Below, piece after piece: positions 61,581-64,000 of a stretch of DNA of 64,000 nucleotides (positions are counted from its first letter, which is position 1; each line of letters starts with the position of its first letter). A program made the position numbers and the translations under genes. Below the pieces are notes generated by a model. It was given only the letters and a program-made list of their open reading frames with translations, did no database searches and was not told where the DNA came from. Origin of the DNA: Podarcis cretensis (Eukaryota); NCBI GenBank assembly GCA_951804945.1, contig OX638154.1, forward strand, positions 44,888,001 to 44,952,000, written 5' to 3'.

Positions 61581-62364
61581 GTGTAGTGTTTAGAGTGATG
61601 GACTAGGACCTGGGAGACCAGGGTTCAAATCCCCACTCAGCTACGAAGCTCACTAGGTCACTGTTTCTCAGTCTAACTTACCTCAATGGGTTGTTGTGGG
61701 GATTACAAGAGGATGGGGAGAACCATGTAGACTACCTTGAGGTCCATAGAGAAAAAGGTGGAATATAAATGCAATAAAATAAATACAGTCATGTAATTTA
61801 AATGTGTGTAAGTTTCAAGTTGACTGTAATTTTAAGCGTAGTGAACTGCCTATACAGTATTTAAGTTCTATTTGTTTTTCATTGAAACTTATCCCCCTCA
61901 CCACAAACCCTTCTGCTTCTTCCTAACAGAAAAGCCTAAGCTTTGTGTGTGTGTAAGAAACTTACTTCTGAGTGTATACACTTACCATTTTACTGTAAGT
62001 TAACTATTCGGAGGGCATGCCTAAGTCTCTTTGCAAAGTTTTCACATTTTCATTTACCATAGAGGGGGGCTGGTTGTGTGTTTAACATCCACTCGCATTT
62101 ATCGTGCGGTAGCATTCATAGAAAGTACCATAACTTCTAGACAAGGGAGCATCAGATCTCAGATGAATCAAGCATAGGAACACTGTATCCTGGTGGCTAG
62201 AAAGGAAGGAAGGGCAAAGGGGGAAATCTATACTCAGTCTTTAGAACTAGTACATTGACACCAAGGATTAGAAAACTATAGTAGGCGGGAAATGTGCACT
62301 AAAGGGGAGAGGTAAATAGTAGCTCTCTAGGCCTCCAGAAATTTCTAAGGCCTTGCATCTAAAC

Positions 62365-62689
62365 CATGGGTAGGCATAAGACCCAGGGACCGGATCTGGC
62401 CCAATTGCATTCTCAATTTGGATCGCGGACGGTCCGGGAATCAGTGTGTTTTTACATGAGTAGAATGTGTGTTTTTATTTAAAATGCATCTCTGAGTTAT
62501 TTGTGGGGCCTGCCTGATGTTTTTACATGAGAAGAATGTGTGCTTTTATTTAAAATGCATCTCTGGGTTATTTGTGGGGCATAGGAATTTGTTCATTTCT
62601 TCTTCTTCTTCAACAACTTATAGTCTGGCCCCCCACAAGGTCTCAGGGACAGGGGACTGGCCCCCTGCTGAAAAAGTTTGCTGACTCAT
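62365..62689. mobile_element. hAT-type MITE, second copy of the 54365 family
   Basis: Same ends and the same internal duplicated block TTTTACATGAG..GAATGTGT..TTTTATTTAAAATGCATCTCTG.GTTATTTGTGGGGC. Confidence 0.8.
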
Positions 62690-64000
62690 CAATCAAGTTC
62701 TGACTTCACTCATTAGTTAAAAACACTGAGGGGTGGTAGTAGCCAGACTAACTTATCTCAAAGAAATCACTTAGAAGGTGCTTGCAGATTTTGCCTCATA
62801 ATTTCCCATCTCTGAGGACTAGAGACTGGCTTACTTTTTTTAAAAAAAAATACATAATCTGGGCCCGCCTTGCAGGCCATTCTAATCCATCCATGCCTGT
62901 GAGAGTCTGAAAGGCATTTTTGCAGTGTGCAGTGTGCACAGCAGACACCACATTGTTTTTCCTCCTGCATAGTGTGCTCTTTCTCTGTGTCAATCTAATT
63001 GACAGGTATACTTACCAGCAATTCTAATGCTAACTGAGTAATCGGTGTTGCCCATTTCTCCATGCTTTAGAAGAGCTGTTGGACTGCATGTACATTTCAT
63101 TGACTGAACTTCCTATGTGGTTGTCTTAAATTGCAAAATTGCCCTGGGGAGGAGGGATTGTGACATCATATGTGCCAGCCAATCAACACTTTGCAATCTA
63201 GCTTGTACTACAACCTGGCAGAGCCAGTTTTCCCTGAGTTTGATCCTTGAGGGAGTAGTAGGTATGTTTTTGAGAATGTGTGGCGTGTTCTTCCAAAATG
63301 GCTCAGCTCTCCTAATAATGCAAAAATTTATGCAATCTTGATTAGTTTTTCCTAAATGGATCACAGCAGAAAATGTTCTGTTCAGGAAAGCACAGTGGAA
63401 GAATAATTTATTTGAGATCAGTTTACTCACTGACACCCGGGTTGTATCAATCAGTGAAAACATAACATTTTTTTAAACTTAATTTATAAGTAATGCAAGA
63501 AAATTGAATGTTTTCTTCTTTGTTTGAATCCTTATCTAATCCTCATGGCTATTGGTATTAAAAGCAATAGATAATGTATACAAATTCAGGCCAATTTTTC
63601 AACAATAGGACCAGCACTGCTAAACATTTCTACATTGTAGTCAAACAAACACTTTCAACTGGCATTAAAAGCTGATATGTGCCTTCTCTGCCTTCTTATC
63701 AGTTCTACTAGTCTATGTGTTGCCCACTCTTAAAAGAATTTTCAGTAACCCCTATTTTCCTCCATCTGTTGAACAGCATCAGTGACACTACCTCTGAATC
63801 CCACTTTAAAATAAAGTTGGCTGTTTCTACCAGGGTTTTTTATGGGAGCAGGGAATGTGATTTTTTTATTTGTTGATTTGCCCAGAAATGTATGCCTCTG
63901 TTTACTGAGGTTATATTTGTCCCTTAGAATGTCTAAAAAATCATTACAGAAGCTTACTGCCATACTAGATAAGCAGCAATGTTTTTAACAGACTAGAGAA

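Larger units (their letters stand above)
60405..61785 (+). mobile_element. tRNA-derived (CORE/MIR-like) SINE split by the hAT insertion
   Basis: Removing 60424-61588 restores AGCATAGTGTAGTGTTTAGAGTG...GGGTTCAAATCCCC (A and B boxes) and an AATAAAATAAAT tail. Confidence 0.75.

Noticed and set aside
43600-64000. USP49 coding or additional non-coding exons (acceptor-like sites near 50697 and 52881)
   Set aside because: No ZnF-UBP or USP-domain peptide was found, and isolated splice-like sites are not enough support.

Overview
Vertebrate genomic DNA, almost certainly from a squamate and probably a lacertid lizard, judged by four Sauria-type SINEs plus squamate-style CR1, L2, RTE, hAT and Tc1/mariner repeats. 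The window covers the conserved CCND3-BYSL-MED20-(USP49) syntenic block. It holds the last coding exon and 3' UTR of cyclin D3 (+), the complete 7-exon BYSL gene (-, 1341 nt CDS, 446 aa), and the complete MED20 coding sequence in 4 exons (+, 639 nt, 212 aa), head-to-head with BYSL. A CpG-island promoter at about 42-43.6 kb followed by more than 20 kb of intron-like DNA is probably the 5' end of USP49 (synteny inference only; no USP49 coding exon is in the window). Almost all other ORFs in the track are spurious or derived from transposable elements. I see no prokaryote-type or clearly novel multi-gene system. The best second-look items are: (1) a perfect 106-bp inverted repeat in MED20 intron 1 carrying a minimal type I hammerhead ribozyme motif on each strand (Penelope-like); (2) a retroposon insertion splitting the BYSL/MED20 bidirectional promoter; (3) a possible uORF/overlapping-ORF layout ahead of the MED20 start; (4) an orphan promoter-like element at about 35.5 kb with RFX, MYB, CCAAT and GC-box motifs; (5) several nested transposon insertions, including a three-level SINE > hAT > MITE nest. 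Repeat family names are from pattern recognition, not database searches.
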